DNA from: a bacterium
GTDB lineage: Bacteria > Zhuqueibacterota > Zhuqueibacteria > Residuimicrobiales > Krinioviventaceae
Length of the DNA stretch: 64,000 nucleotides
Reading direction: 5' to 3'
Assembly: GCA_963674595.2 (NCBI GenBank)
Contig: CAXXFV010000014.1
Span: 64,001 to 128,000 of the forward strand
The translations under genes were made by a program, and so were the position numbers. The notes beneath the pieces were generated by a model. It had not been told where the DNA came from. It did not search any database and saw only the letters and a list, made by a program, of their open reading frames with translations. Below are positions 50,124 to 59,771 of the stretch, in pieces. How positions within the stretch are numbered: position 1 is the first letter of the stretch; the number at the start of each line of letters is the position of its first letter.

Positions 50124-50777
50124 TCAGAATAATAAATCTTTATTTTGGAGAGAAAATTTTAATAAATTCCTTGAGCTGTTTAAATTCAACTTTGATGTAA
50201 TATTGACCTTGTGATTTTCAACAGTTCGCTTTGAAATAAACATAGTCTGAGCTATTTCCTGATTTGACTTTAATTCAGCAACCAGAGATAGTACTTTTTT
50301 CTCTGTTACAGTAAGGCTGCTAATCAGCTCAATGATTTTCTGATTCTCTGTTTTTACTTTAGCTTTATCAATCAAAAACTCATATAGATCATCACTTATA
50401 TAATGTTTCCCTGCTATTACATTATCAATCGCTTTGATAATATTAATAACAGCATCATCTTTTAGTACATAGCCGCGAATTCCAGAGTCCAACGCTTTAT
50501 AAAATATTTTTTTATCACGATGCATTGTTAATAGTATAATTCCAGTATCACAATTTTTCTCAACCAATTTAGACGCAATGTCAAGTCCGTTTAATCCGGG
50601 CATTTCAAAATCAAGGATCGCTATATCCGGATTATAATCATTGATCAGTTGTAAAGCCTCTGTTCCATCACCCGTTTCTGCTAAAATTTTATAAGAAGCG
50701 ATCGATTCAAGTTCACGGCGCACACCGGAAAGGAATAACGGATGGTCATCTGCAATAATAATTGTAGTTTCACTCAT
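50124..50777 (-). CDS. NarL/LuxR-family response regulator
   Basis: IADDHP, LDFEMP, GYVLKD and LuxR HTH (IA..MFISKRTVENH). Confidence 0.95.
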   Translation of the reverse strand: MSETTIIIADDHPLFLSGVRRELESIASYKILAETGDGTEALQLINDYNPDIAILDFEMPGLNGLDIASKLVEKNCDTGIILLTMHRDKKIFYKALDSGIRGYVLKDDAVINIIKAIDNVIAGKHYISDDLYEFLIDKAKVKTENQKIIELISSLTVTEKKVLSLVAELKSNQEIAQTMFISKRTVENHKVNITSKLNLNSSRNLLKFSLQNKDLLF

Positions 50778-52641
50778 TTTCGATATTCTTTTTTAATTTA
50801 TAATCTAATTTAATAAATGTTCCACCCTCATTATAGGGCTCTATATTTAAATCAGCGTTAATCATTCGTGCTCGTTCATACATCCCGACAAGTCCCAATC
50901 CGCTTGATTTTATATTGCCGGTTGTTATATCTCTAGAGATACCAACTCCATTATCTCTTATTTCCATAGAAATAATTTGATCTGATTTTTTTATAAATAC
51001 AGACGCCTCAGTTGCTTTGGAATGCCTGACAATATTATTCAAACTTTCCTGAATAATTCTGTAAAAATTAATTTCATCATGCTTTGGTATCAGCTCATCA
51101 ATATCATCAATTTCATAATAAAAATTAATATCGGATGTTTCGGACAAATTTTCAACTATAGTTTCAATGGCCGTTGTTAAACCAAGCTGGTCCAAATGCT
51201 GCGGTCTCAGGTTATAAATAATATTTCTGACATCCTGAATGGTTTCCCCGGATAAATCACTAACCTGCGTTAAGGAATGTTGAATGTTTTTATCAGTTGA
51301 TTTTCGAATTTCTGTCAAAAGCATATTTTTAATAATTAACAATTTTTGACCGATGCTGTCATGCAACTCTAGCGCAATCCGGTTCCGTTCACTCTCTTGC
51401 GACTCTATTAATTTCATGGTAAACTGTTCTTTTATTTTGCTTCCCCTCTTCACAGCTTCCAGTTCTTTCTGCTGTGCCAGTTCTTTCTGCCTGTAAGTAT
51501 AGGTATAATGATAAACGGCAATCCATATCAGGGATATAACAAAAAACAATGCACCAAAATGTAAAACTGTAACACTGTAACTAAAAGCAGAATCCGAAAA
51601 CTTTGAATAAAATAAGGTAATTTCTAAAATTGCAAACATGAGAAAAACAGACATACCAGCAAATAATAATTTTGCCGTATATTCTCCGGTTTTTACACTT
51701 TTAACCATAACGAAAATGCAGATAATCATGTTAAGCGTAAGGGAAATTAAAAAATAGTTTACAATATCAGGAAAAGTAATAGTCGTAAAATTTATAAGGA
51801 CGATGCTCATTAACAGCACGAAAAAATGAAAAAGCCAGATGCTTTTTAAAATTTTTCTGTATTCCTGCCCTAATATTTGCTCAATAGCGAAAAAGGCGCT
51901 TATGACAGCACACATGAGTGAAATATAATCCAGGTGATAATATAAATTTGGAAAAGGTAAAAGGATGTGCAAAAACGGATTGTTACTGGAAATAAAAACT
52001 GCCAATGATAGCAAAAAAACACCTATACCTATTAATAATGCAGATTGATCATAGGTCACGTAAAACAGCAAAATAATTATACCTGTTATTAAAAAAATGA
52101 CGGCAAAAGAAAAATCATCTATATTGCGAACAAAAAATTCTTTACAAATTTTATCAAAAGAAACGATTAAAACATTCCATTTAAATACGGTTAATTTTTT
52201 TCCGGGAAAAATTTTGACGCTTATAATATCCCCTTTGTTGTAATCAGGAAGAGAAATTAAAAGATCATCCCAGCGAAAAAAGGCATCATTTTTTTCAGAT
52301 ACACCTGCCCCAACTTTTTGAATCAAGCGTCCATTGATATAAACCATCATTGGATTGTTTACACGTTTAAAATAAAGGGCCGGATGCCTTTCTCTAAATT
52401 CCGGTAATTCTGTACTAAACCAAACAATGCTTGATTCAGTCCTTTCAATATCTTTTAAATTAGTCAAGTTTTTCCAGGATGCCGAATCAGATACAGAATC
52501 ATCGAGCCGGTATTGCCAACCTGTTAACATAATACTGTTTTCATCCAAGGCTTTAACGCTCCTGACAAACGGACTGGAAAGCATTAACAACAAGGCTAAC
52601 GAATTTATGAGATATTTTACCTTAAAACCCATCATATACAA
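50770..52641 (-). CDS. Multi-TM sensor histidine kinase (HisKA_3), 7TM-DISM-like input
   Basis: ERNRIALELHDSIGQ, QESLNNIVRHS, DNGVG, GLGLVGMYER; periplasmic domain plus about 7 TM helices. Confidence 0.92.
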   Translation of the reverse strand: MYMMGFKVKYLINSLALLLMLSSPFVRSVKALDENSIMLTGWQYRLDDSVSDSASWKNLTNLKDIERTESSIVWFSTELPEFRERHPALYFKRVNNPMMVYINGRLIQKVGAGVSEKNDAFFRWDDLLISLPDYNKGDIISVKIFPGKKLTVFKWNVLIVSFDKICKEFFVRNIDDFSFAVIFLITGIIILLFYVTYDQSALLIGIGVFLLSLAVFISSNNPFLHILLPFPNLYYHLDYISLMCAVISAFFAIEQILGQEYRKILKSIWLFHFFVLLMSIVLINFTTITFPDIVNYFLISLTLNMIICIFVMVKSVKTGEYTAKLLFAGMSVFLMFAILEITLFYSKFSDSAFSYSVTVLHFGALFFVISLIWIAVYHYTYTYRQKELAQQKELEAVKRGSKIKEQFTMKLIESQESERNRIALELHDSIGQKLLIIKNMLLTEIRKSTDKNIQHSLTQVSDLSGETIQDVRNIIYNLRPQHLDQLGLTTAIETIVENLSETSDINFYYEIDDIDELIPKHDEINFYRIIQESLNNIVRHSKATEASVFIKKSDQIISMEIRDNGVGISRDITTGNIKSSGLGLVGMYERARMINADLNIEPYNEGGTFIKLDYKLKKNIENE

Positions 52642-53080
52642 CTTAAGTTATGTTTACACCAATACATTACCAAATGTATAATAAATATCTTATTTAAAAT
52701 ATCAATTACTAAAATAGTATTTACAGCCGAAAAAAGTTGTTAACATTTCAACTGTTTTAATTACTTGTCTGGTATTAATAACAAAATAGCCCCAAATCAC
52801 CAATTCGGCTTCTTATTAATAAACATTGTAAGCGTCGGCTATGACGCCAATCGGATCAGCAGTCATGGTGATCTATATCTTTAATTTCCGCTTGCTTTTT
52901 AAGGCTTTTATTATATAATTTAAAGAGTTATCATTGTTGCTCCGGCAAGAATAAAAACGGATGTAATAAATCAACTGTAAAAAAAATAACAGTGTAAAAA
53001 GTAAAACAAATTAATTTTTATGCTTTCAATTCTAATTTTTACCTTATAAATAATTTTATAAAATTACAAGGGGTTAATTT

Positions 53081-53896
53081 ATGAAAAAATATAAAAAAGC
53101 AAAAAAACTAATTTTACTTTTTTTATTGATTATCGGTTTCGGATGCAAAACCAGGTTAACAGAACCGGAAACAGAAGACAAATATCTCAGTATTTCAGAT
53201 ATTACTAATATCTTGTGGACCCTGGAAGCATGTGATTCAGTAGATCAGCAGCTTAATATCGATTCTTATCTAACGTTCCATCTTGTTTATGATACAACTG
53301 AATTTTGGGGTGATGATGGATGTAATAAATACACCGGCATATATTACATACAAAATGATAGTATTTTACTAAATGATTTTTCTATAACTTGTATGGGGTG
53401 TTGGCCTACAACATCATTTCCGATTAATTTTTTTTTCAATCCTCATAAACTTTTCATATTTAAAGATAGCCTGCAAATTATCTCTGACAATTGGGTATAC
53501 CACTTAAAAAGTGACTTTACAAAAAGTATTGAAAAAAGTGGGCTTGTAAACACCTGGCAGTTAATATTTTCAAGTGACCCTGATTATGAAATTATATCAT
53601 ACTACCAATATGTTACCAATCTGATACTTGATAATAACAGATGTTTTAATTTAAATTTTGTTTCCACATTTGAGAATGATTCCACTTATAATTATACTAC
53701 CGGCATTTACGGAATTAAAAATGATGACTCATTTATGTTTTATCATCGATATGGTGGTTCAAGAAGATTTAAAGCACGGAGGTTTCGATCTAAAATTTTA
53801 AATTCAACAATTTACAACGTAGAAAACGACACACTTACCTTATCAAATCTTTCTGATAATACAATATTTAGATTTGAAAAACTTGAGTATGATTAA
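53081..53896 (+). CDS. META/HslJ-like domain lipoprotein
   Basis: Lipobox GFGC; GDDGCNKY.G.Y and T.MGC motifs. Confidence 0.7.
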   Translation: MKKYKKAKKLILLFLLIIGFGCKTRLTEPETEDKYLSISDITNILWTLEACDSVDQQLNIDSYLTFHLVYDTTEFWGDDGCNKYTGIYYIQNDSILLNDFSITCMGCWPTTSFPINFFFNPHKLFIFKDSLQIISDNWVYHLKSDFTKSIEKSGLVNTWQLIFSSDPDYEIISYYQYVTNLILDNNRCFNLNFVSTFENDSTYNYTTGIYGIKNDDSFMFYHRYGGSRRFKARRFRSKILNSTIYNVENDTLTLSNLSDNTIFRFEKLEYD

Positions 53897-53946
53897 ATTG
53901 AGGATACAATCTTCATCCAAATCACAAAAGCATCAAGCTTCTTATA

Positions 53947-55440
53947 TCAATCCTTTACCCATTCCCGTGACCGTTCAACGGCCTGATGCCACTTTTGTGT
54001 CATCTGTTTGACTTTATCTTTTTCCATTTCAGGTTTAAAGGATTTATCAACCTGCCACAACTTTTGAATATCAACGACATCTTTCCAATATCCGGTTGCA
54101 AGGCCGGCCAGATAGGCTGCTCCCAAAGCGGTAGTTTCAGCAATTTTAGGCCGTATAAGCGGAATTCCCAAAACATCGGATTGGAACTGCATCAGCATAT
54201 TATTAGCGGTTGCTCCCCCATCGACACGCAGTTCATTAATTTTAATTCCCGAATCGGCTTCCATGGCTTCAATCACGTCCAACGTTTGAAAAGCAATGGC
54301 TTCCAGCGCTGCACGGGCAATATGTCCGGCCGTGGTTCCCCGTGTCATTCCCACAATCGTACCCCGGGCAAACTGGTCCCAGTATGGCGCACCAAGTCCG
54401 GCAAAAGCAGGCACAAAATAAACGTCTCCATTGTCATCAACACTCCCGGCCAGTTTTTCAACATCTGCGGATGAAGAAATAATTCCCAGACCGTCCCGTA
54501 ACCACTGCACAACAGCGCCGGCAATAAAAATACTGCCTTCAAGAGCATAAACAGTTTCGCCATTTATTTGCCAGGCAATTGTAGTGAGCAAATTATTTTT
54601 AGATTTGATTGGTTTATTCCCGGTATTGACAACCAAAAACGAGCCTGTTCCATAGGTATTTTTTACCATTCCGGACTGCGTACACATTTGTCCAAAAAGT
54701 GCAGCCTGCTGGTCACCGGCCATACCGGCAACAGGAATAGATGCACTGAACAGAGGTCCTTTAGTTTGACCATATATTTCACTGCAAGAACAGACTTTTG
54801 GCAAAATGCTCGCAGGAATATCCAACAAATCAAGAATCTCCTGGTCCCACTCTAATGTATGAATATTGTACAAAAGCGTTCGGCTGGCATTGGTTACATC
54901 GGTAACATGTTTTTGCCCGCCGGTTAAATTCCACACAAGCCAACTGTCAACCGTGCCGAAAGCCAGCTTGCCCTGTTCAGCCAGGTCACGTGCTCCCTTA
55001 ACATTTTCTAGCAGCCATTTGACTTTGGTACCGGAAAAATACGCATCAATAAGCAAGCCTGTTTTCTTTTTAATCATTTCAGCATGACCTGCCGCTGCCA
55101 ATTCACGACAATACTCGGCGGTTCGTCTGTCCTGCCAAACAATGGCATTGTGAATGGGCTCACCGGTTTCCCGGTTCCACAAGATTGTTGTTTCACGCTG
55201 ATTGGTAATGCCGATGGCCTGAATATCATCAGCACATAAACCGGTATTTGACAAGGCCTCAACCGCCACTTGTGACTGGGTCTGCCAAATTTCCTGAGCA
55301 TTGTGTTCCACCCAGCCTGGTTTTGGAAATATTTGTTGAAACTCTTGCTGCGCTTTTCCCTTTATATTTCCCTGGTAATCAAAAATAATAGCTCTGGAAC
55401 TAGTCGTGCCCTGGTCAAGTGCTAAAATATATTTTGCCAT
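53947..55440 (-). CDS. glpK: Glycerol kinase
   Basis: [42 protein letters not shown]. Confidence 0.97.
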   Translation of the reverse strand: MAKYILALDQGTTSSRAIIFDYQGNIKGKAQQEFQQIFPKPGWVEHNAQEIWQTQSQVAVEALSNTGLCADDIQAIGITNQRETTILWNRETGEPIHNAIVWQDRRTAEYCRELAAAGHAEMIKKKTGLLIDAYFSGTKVKWLLENVKGARDLAEQGKLAFGTVDSWLVWNLTGGQKHVTDVTNASRTLLYNIHTLEWDQEILDLLDIPASILPKVCSCSEIYGQTKGPLFSASIPVAGMAGDQQAALFGQMCTQSGMVKNTYGTGSFLVVNTGNKPIKSKNNLLTTIAWQINGETVYALEGSIFIAGAVVQWLRDGLGIISSSADVEKLAGSVDDNGDVYFVPAFAGLGAPYWDQFARGTIVGMTRGTTAGHIARAALEAIAFQTLDVIEAMEADSGIKINELRVDGGATANNMLMQFQSDVLGIPLIRPKIAETTALGAAYLAGLATGYWKDVVDIQKLWQVDKSFKPEMEKDKVKQMTQKWHQAVERSREWVKD

Positions 55441-55532
55441 CAACGTCTCCCATTTGCTCATAAAAAACCACAGTTACACATCATGTTATTAATAATAAAA
55501 ATATGATTTTTATAAGCAACAAAAATTTTATT

Positions 55533-55766
55533 CTATTTGTTCTTTTCCTTGAGGGTCCCCAGGCATTCTTCGGCATGTTTGCACCATTTAGCACAGCCGG
55601 TATCTATTTTTGGATTTCGCACATCTTTATGGCATTTAGGACAGGGCCGAACCGGTTCGTCCTTCCAAAACTCTATTTCTTCACCACAAAAAGGGCACAA
55701 AACATCATAAATATCTTCCGGTTTCCAGAACCTGAGGTCCTGTCCCGGACAGCGGTGCTTTTCCAT
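55533..55766 (-). CDS. Small Cys-rich zinc-ribbon-like protein
   Basis: CPGQD..W, CPFCG, CPKC, GCAKWC....EC; GAGGTGG RBS. Confidence 0.8.
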   Translation of the reverse strand: MEKHRCPGQDLRFWKPEDIYDVLCPFCGEEIEFWKDEPVRPCPKCHKDVRNPKIDTGCAKWCKHAEECLGTLKEKNK

Positions 55767-55775
55767 AACCACCTC

Positions 55776-56372
55776 TTATAATAATCCCAAACAAACCCTT
55801 CCGGCCAAAACAGCCGCATCTTCGGTTGACAAGACATGTTTTATCGAGGCATCAAAAAGGAGTTCCGCGTCAGGCGGAAACTCTTCATCACCCAACCGGT
55901 ATAAAAGCGTTACATACAATTTGCCAAACACATGAATACGGGCGCCAAAATCGCCTACGTCAATCGGCTGCCAGTTATACCGGTTCAGATTTTTTTTTAA
56001 TAAATCGATATCATTACCAAATCGATTCACCATCGGGCGTATGGAACGCGCTAAAAACGGTTCATAATAAAAAATCCCGCCTGGAAGCTGTCTAAAGGAA
56101 ATCAATTCACTTGTTTCGTTTATTTTAAGGTCATTAAGTAGATAGTGCAACAGCAATATACGGTCACCCGGCTTGGCGGGCTCATTTTGTTCTCGAAACA
56201 ACTGAAAATCAGGCATGCGCAGGGTCATATCAGCGCCAAGGAATTTTAAGGAAAGGGTATTGTTTAAAGGTATCGGCAGTCCCAGACGGGAACATCTTTT
56301 ATTCAAATCAACATCTGCCAGTTTTTCTATCGCCAGTTTTACAGCCTCTTTATGTCCGTTTTCCTTAGACAT
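55776..56372 (-). CDS. DUF3786-family protein
   Basis: ILLLHYL, ISFRQLPGG.FY, GDEEFPP...LLFD, EDAAVL; family commonly found in acs clusters. Confidence 0.85.
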   Translation of the reverse strand: MSKENGHKEAVKLAIEKLADVDLNKRCSRLGLPIPLNNTLSLKFLGADMTLRMPDFQLFREQNEPAKPGDRILLLHYLLNDLKINETSELISFRQLPGGIFYYEPFLARSIRPMVNRFGNDIDLLKKNLNRYNWQPIDVGDFGARIHVFGKLYVTLLYRLGDEEFPPDAELLFDASIKHVLSTEDAAVLAGRVCLGLL

Positions 56373-56481
56373 TAAAAGTCCGTTTTATATGATGAATAGA
56401 AAAAATCTGAAACGGAACTGTGTTATCCTTAATATTTTGATGCAACTCTTTAAACAAAAAAAAACTCACCTTTATTTCAAA

Positions 56482-58392
56482 TTATGGTTTCTTGTATAAT
56501 TTTTCAACAGACGGAAAAAATTTTAATTCGGTATGCGGTAAAAACAGGGCACCGGTATATTGGTTCATATATCCCGGGTCCGTACTCAATTCAATATAAG
56601 TCATTCGTCTTGCCAGGTCTGTTTGCCGTTGCCGGTAATCCTGAGACACCAGGACCATATATGCCCCCATTAAGGAAGAATTTCCAATATAATGATATTT
56701 TTCCCGAGGAACATCCGGCACGAGACCAAGGACAATTGCTTTTTCAATATCAAGAAAACGCCCAAATCCACCGGCGATATAAATATTGGCAACATCATCA
56801 AAACCAATTCCCACCTGTTCAAGCATTAAAGAACAGGCGGAATAGATAGCTGCTTTGGCCCGGATAATATTTTCAATATCCAGCTCACTGATTGTAATGT
56901 CCTTATCCAGACCACTTTTTTCTTTGGGTACAATAATATAACGGCTTATTCGGCCATCAGATATGATGACATCAGAGGAGCGGGAACGGTTTAATTTGCC
57001 GGCAGCATCAATCCATCCGGTCAGAAATAGATTAGCCAGTAAGGAAATCATCCCTGTTCCACAAATACCTTTTGGAGGCACATCACCGATGGTTTGATAT
57101 GAAGCAATACCGGTTTCCGGATCGACATCAACCCGCTCAATAGCTCCAATAGCAGCCCGCATACCATATTCTATCCCCCCTCCTTCAAAAGCAGGACCGG
57201 CTGAGCAGGCACAGGTCATTAAAAAATCGCGATTACCAACGACCAGTTCACCATTTGTACCGACATCAATAAAAAGATGAATATCCTCCGTGTTTGCGGC
57301 AATGTCCGTACAAAGTAATCCGGAGGTAATATCTCCGCCGACATAACTGCCGACGCTCGGAGATAAATATACCCAGGATTGAGGACTGATTTGCAGTCCG
57401 ACCTGTTCGGCTGTTAAATAGGGGGCTTCCAGGATGGTCGGTGTATAAGGTTCCAACCGGATATATTCCGGTTTCAGCCCCAACAACAAATGGACCATTG
57501 TTGTATTTCCGGCAATCACAGCGTTACAAACCTGAACAGGATTAACGTGATGCCCTTTGCAAACCTGAACAACAAGTTTGTTGATTGTTTTTAAAATCCG
57601 GGATCGCAGTTCAGCAAGCCGCTCCGGTTTTTGTGCATAATTAATACGACTGATAACATCCAAACCACAATGGATCTGGTCATTATACGCCGTTCGCGTT
57701 GCAATTGCTTTAGCTAATGGCAAAAATACGAGCTGAACAGCAACCGTTGTTGTTCCAATATCGATGGCAATACCATAATGCTGTGTAGATTCATCACCGG
57801 CTTCCAATTCGATAACATGATATCGGTCCGATTCACGAATCAGCGTTACCGTTACTTTACCATCCTGCTCGCGCAGTGTATCGGCAACCTTTTGAAGCAC
57901 GGGTAAAGGATATTGTACATGTTTTTTGCCCCAATCCGCCTGAATGGCCCGGGTCAATCGGTCCAGGTCCGACAAACCATCCTCATACTGGGGTTTTGGA
58001 ACATTCACGACCCATTTTAAAGCAAGCGGATCAAACTGCCAGTCGGCCGGCAGCAGGTCATGCCGGATAAGGCAGGTGTCATCTGTTTCATCAACAAATT
58101 TCCCAACCTGACTGCCGCTCTGTTCAAGAATTTCGACAACAATGTCAAAATTTAAAACTTTGGTTTTACAGGCAAGAACAAATCCTTCGGACATTGTCGA
58201 AGGTAATAAAACACCGAGACTGTCGGAATCTACATCGCCCTTTAAAATACGCACTATACATTTTCCGCAAGTGCCCTTTCCGCCGCACGGAAGATCAATA
58301 TCAATCTCTGCATATCGCGCGGCCATGATTAATGGCGTACCTTCAGCAACCTCAACAGTCTTTCCAAAAGGTTGAAATGTTACTCGCGGCAT
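56482..58392 (-). CDS. acsV: ASKHA-fold 2Fe-2S corrinoid activator (RACo/AcsV, DUF4445)
   Basis: CGGKGTCGKC ferredoxin, DIGTTT, DVGTNGE, SAGPAFEG, AGGFG. Confidence 0.92.
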   Translation of the reverse strand: MPRVTFQPFGKTVEVAEGTPLIMAARYAEIDIDLPCGGKGTCGKCIVRILKGDVDSDSLGVLLPSTMSEGFVLACKTKVLNFDIVVEILEQSGSQVGKFVDETDDTCLIRHDLLPADWQFDPLALKWVVNVPKPQYEDGLSDLDRLTRAIQADWGKKHVQYPLPVLQKVADTLREQDGKVTVTLIRESDRYHVIELEAGDESTQHYGIAIDIGTTTVAVQLVFLPLAKAIATRTAYNDQIHCGLDVISRINYAQKPERLAELRSRILKTINKLVVQVCKGHHVNPVQVCNAVIAGNTTMVHLLLGLKPEYIRLEPYTPTILEAPYLTAEQVGLQISPQSWVYLSPSVGSYVGGDITSGLLCTDIAANTEDIHLFIDVGTNGELVVGNRDFLMTCACSAGPAFEGGGIEYGMRAAIGAIERVDVDPETGIASYQTIGDVPPKGICGTGMISLLANLFLTGWIDAAGKLNRSRSSDVIISDGRISRYIIVPKEKSGLDKDITISELDIENIIRAKAAIYSACSLMLEQVGIGFDDVANIYIAGGFGRFLDIEKAIVLGLVPDVPREKYHYIGNSSLMGAYMVLVSQDYRQRQTDLARRMTYIELSTDPGYMNQYTGALFLPHTELKFFPSVEKLYKKP

Positions 58393-58417
58393 TTTATAAA
58401 CCTGCTTTCATAATAAT

Positions 58418-59755
58418 CTAGTTCAACCTTGTTTTAATATAACTTTCCAGATCAGCCGCCTCCTGGGGACCAACAAGAACCTTCCACCCGGACAGGCTTT
58501 CCTCGAGTTCACCACTGATTTGGGCAACATATCCGGGTATAATAATATCACGGCCTTTTACCAGCGAATCCAAATCTATTTCTTTGGCAAATTTCCCGAT
58601 ATACCCCCCGGAAAATTTACCGGCAGCCCAGGCCGTTAAAACACTCATGCCTTCGCATTCAGGCACCAGCAGCCAGGCACTGGTTCCGCTGTTTTCAATT
58701 TCTCCGGAAACAATAAAATAGGTCAATGAAAAATTAGTGGTGACAAAGACCGGAGATTCCGGGGTTGGTTCACCGACGGCATAGAGTTTGGGTTCAACCT
58801 GAATCGGTTTTTGCGGGTCCGTGTAAATATTGAGCCGCAACGTCATTAACGTAGCCAACTGTGCCGCATCAAAAGCGGGAAGCACACAAATTCCGCCATA
58901 TTTGCTGATTTCCGTAACAGCGAGCGCGGTCTCTTCATATAAATCATTCGTGTTTAAAACCGTCAAACTGGGGTAGCCCAAAGGTTTAAAATTATCTTTC
59001 AATGCCATACGACGTGCGATTGAATTGGTTTGAAAACGTTCGGCCAGAGAGCAAGTATTAAAATTAAGAATAAGGTTATTGAAACCACTTTCCTTAATTT
59101 CGCTCGTTAAAGAAACAAGCTCATTCAAATCCGGACCGGTAACAGCCAATGCATGTTCGTTTTTCTGAGCAGCGTCAACCAGTTCTTTGTAATTTTCTTT
59201 GGTTGCACAGGCGATAACACTGTGTGAGCCTTTAACAGCTTCTGCGGCGGCTACCAGCGCACTCGCACTAGCGCTGTTCAGCACCAGAGGACGTTTGACG
59301 GTTTCCCATGCTTTTTTTGCCACGGAAGCAAACTTTTCATTGTCTGTTCCCTTTTGGGTTACAGAAACCATATCGATGATCAATGTCTCTCCGACCCGTT
59401 CCAGAACGTAATCGGAAATTTGTTTTAGTGTTTTATCAATGGTGCCTTCATCATCCGTATCGTTTATATTAATCGCCAGCGCAGTTTGATTGACAAATGT
59501 TTTTTCATGGCGATATAAAACCGTTTCATCGCCAAGTTTTAATTTTTTATCCGGTCCCAGCTCAATAACTTTAACCGGCGGTTCACTGGCCGCACCCAAC
59601 ACTTGTTTTGCTTCATCGGAAGCATAGGGGCATTCTGATAAATCCGCTTTTTTTGCGGCAAGTTTCATTGCAAAAGCCAGACAAGTGTTGGAACCACATT
59701 CTTTACAATTGGTTTTGGGAAGCAATTTTTGAATTTGCAAACCTGTTAATGCCAT
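58418..59755 (-). CDS. acsC: Corrinoid iron-sulfur protein large subunit
   Basis: LPKTNCKECG..CLAFA..CP, IYTDPQKP, TTNFSLTYF, SVLTAWAAGKF. Confidence 0.97.
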   Translation of the reverse strand: MALTGLQIQKLLPKTNCKECGSNTCLAFAMKLAAKKADLSECPYASDEAKQVLGAASEPPVKVIELGPDKKLKLGDETVLYRHEKTFVNQTALAININDTDDEGTIDKTLKQISDYVLERVGETLIIDMVSVTQKGTDNEKFASVAKKAWETVKRPLVLNSASASALVAAAEAVKGSHSVIACATKENYKELVDAAQKNEHALAVTGPDLNELVSLTSEIKESGFNNLILNFNTCSLAERFQTNSIARRMALKDNFKPLGYPSLTVLNTNDLYEETALAVTEISKYGGICVLPAFDAAQLATLMTLRLNIYTDPQKPIQVEPKLYAVGEPTPESPVFVTTNFSLTYFIVSGEIENSGTSAWLLVPECEGMSVLTAWAAGKFSGGYIGKFAKEIDLDSLVKGRDIIIPGYVAQISGELEESLSGWKVLVGPQEAADLESYIKTRLN

Positions 59756-59771
59756 TTTGAATATTCCTCCG

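Noticed and set aside
52790-52875. Fluoride riboswitch-like GCTATGACGCC with flanking ATCACCA/TGGTGAT
   Set aside because: Lacks the 5' GGCGATGG..TCGCC element and no fluoride-related gene follows.
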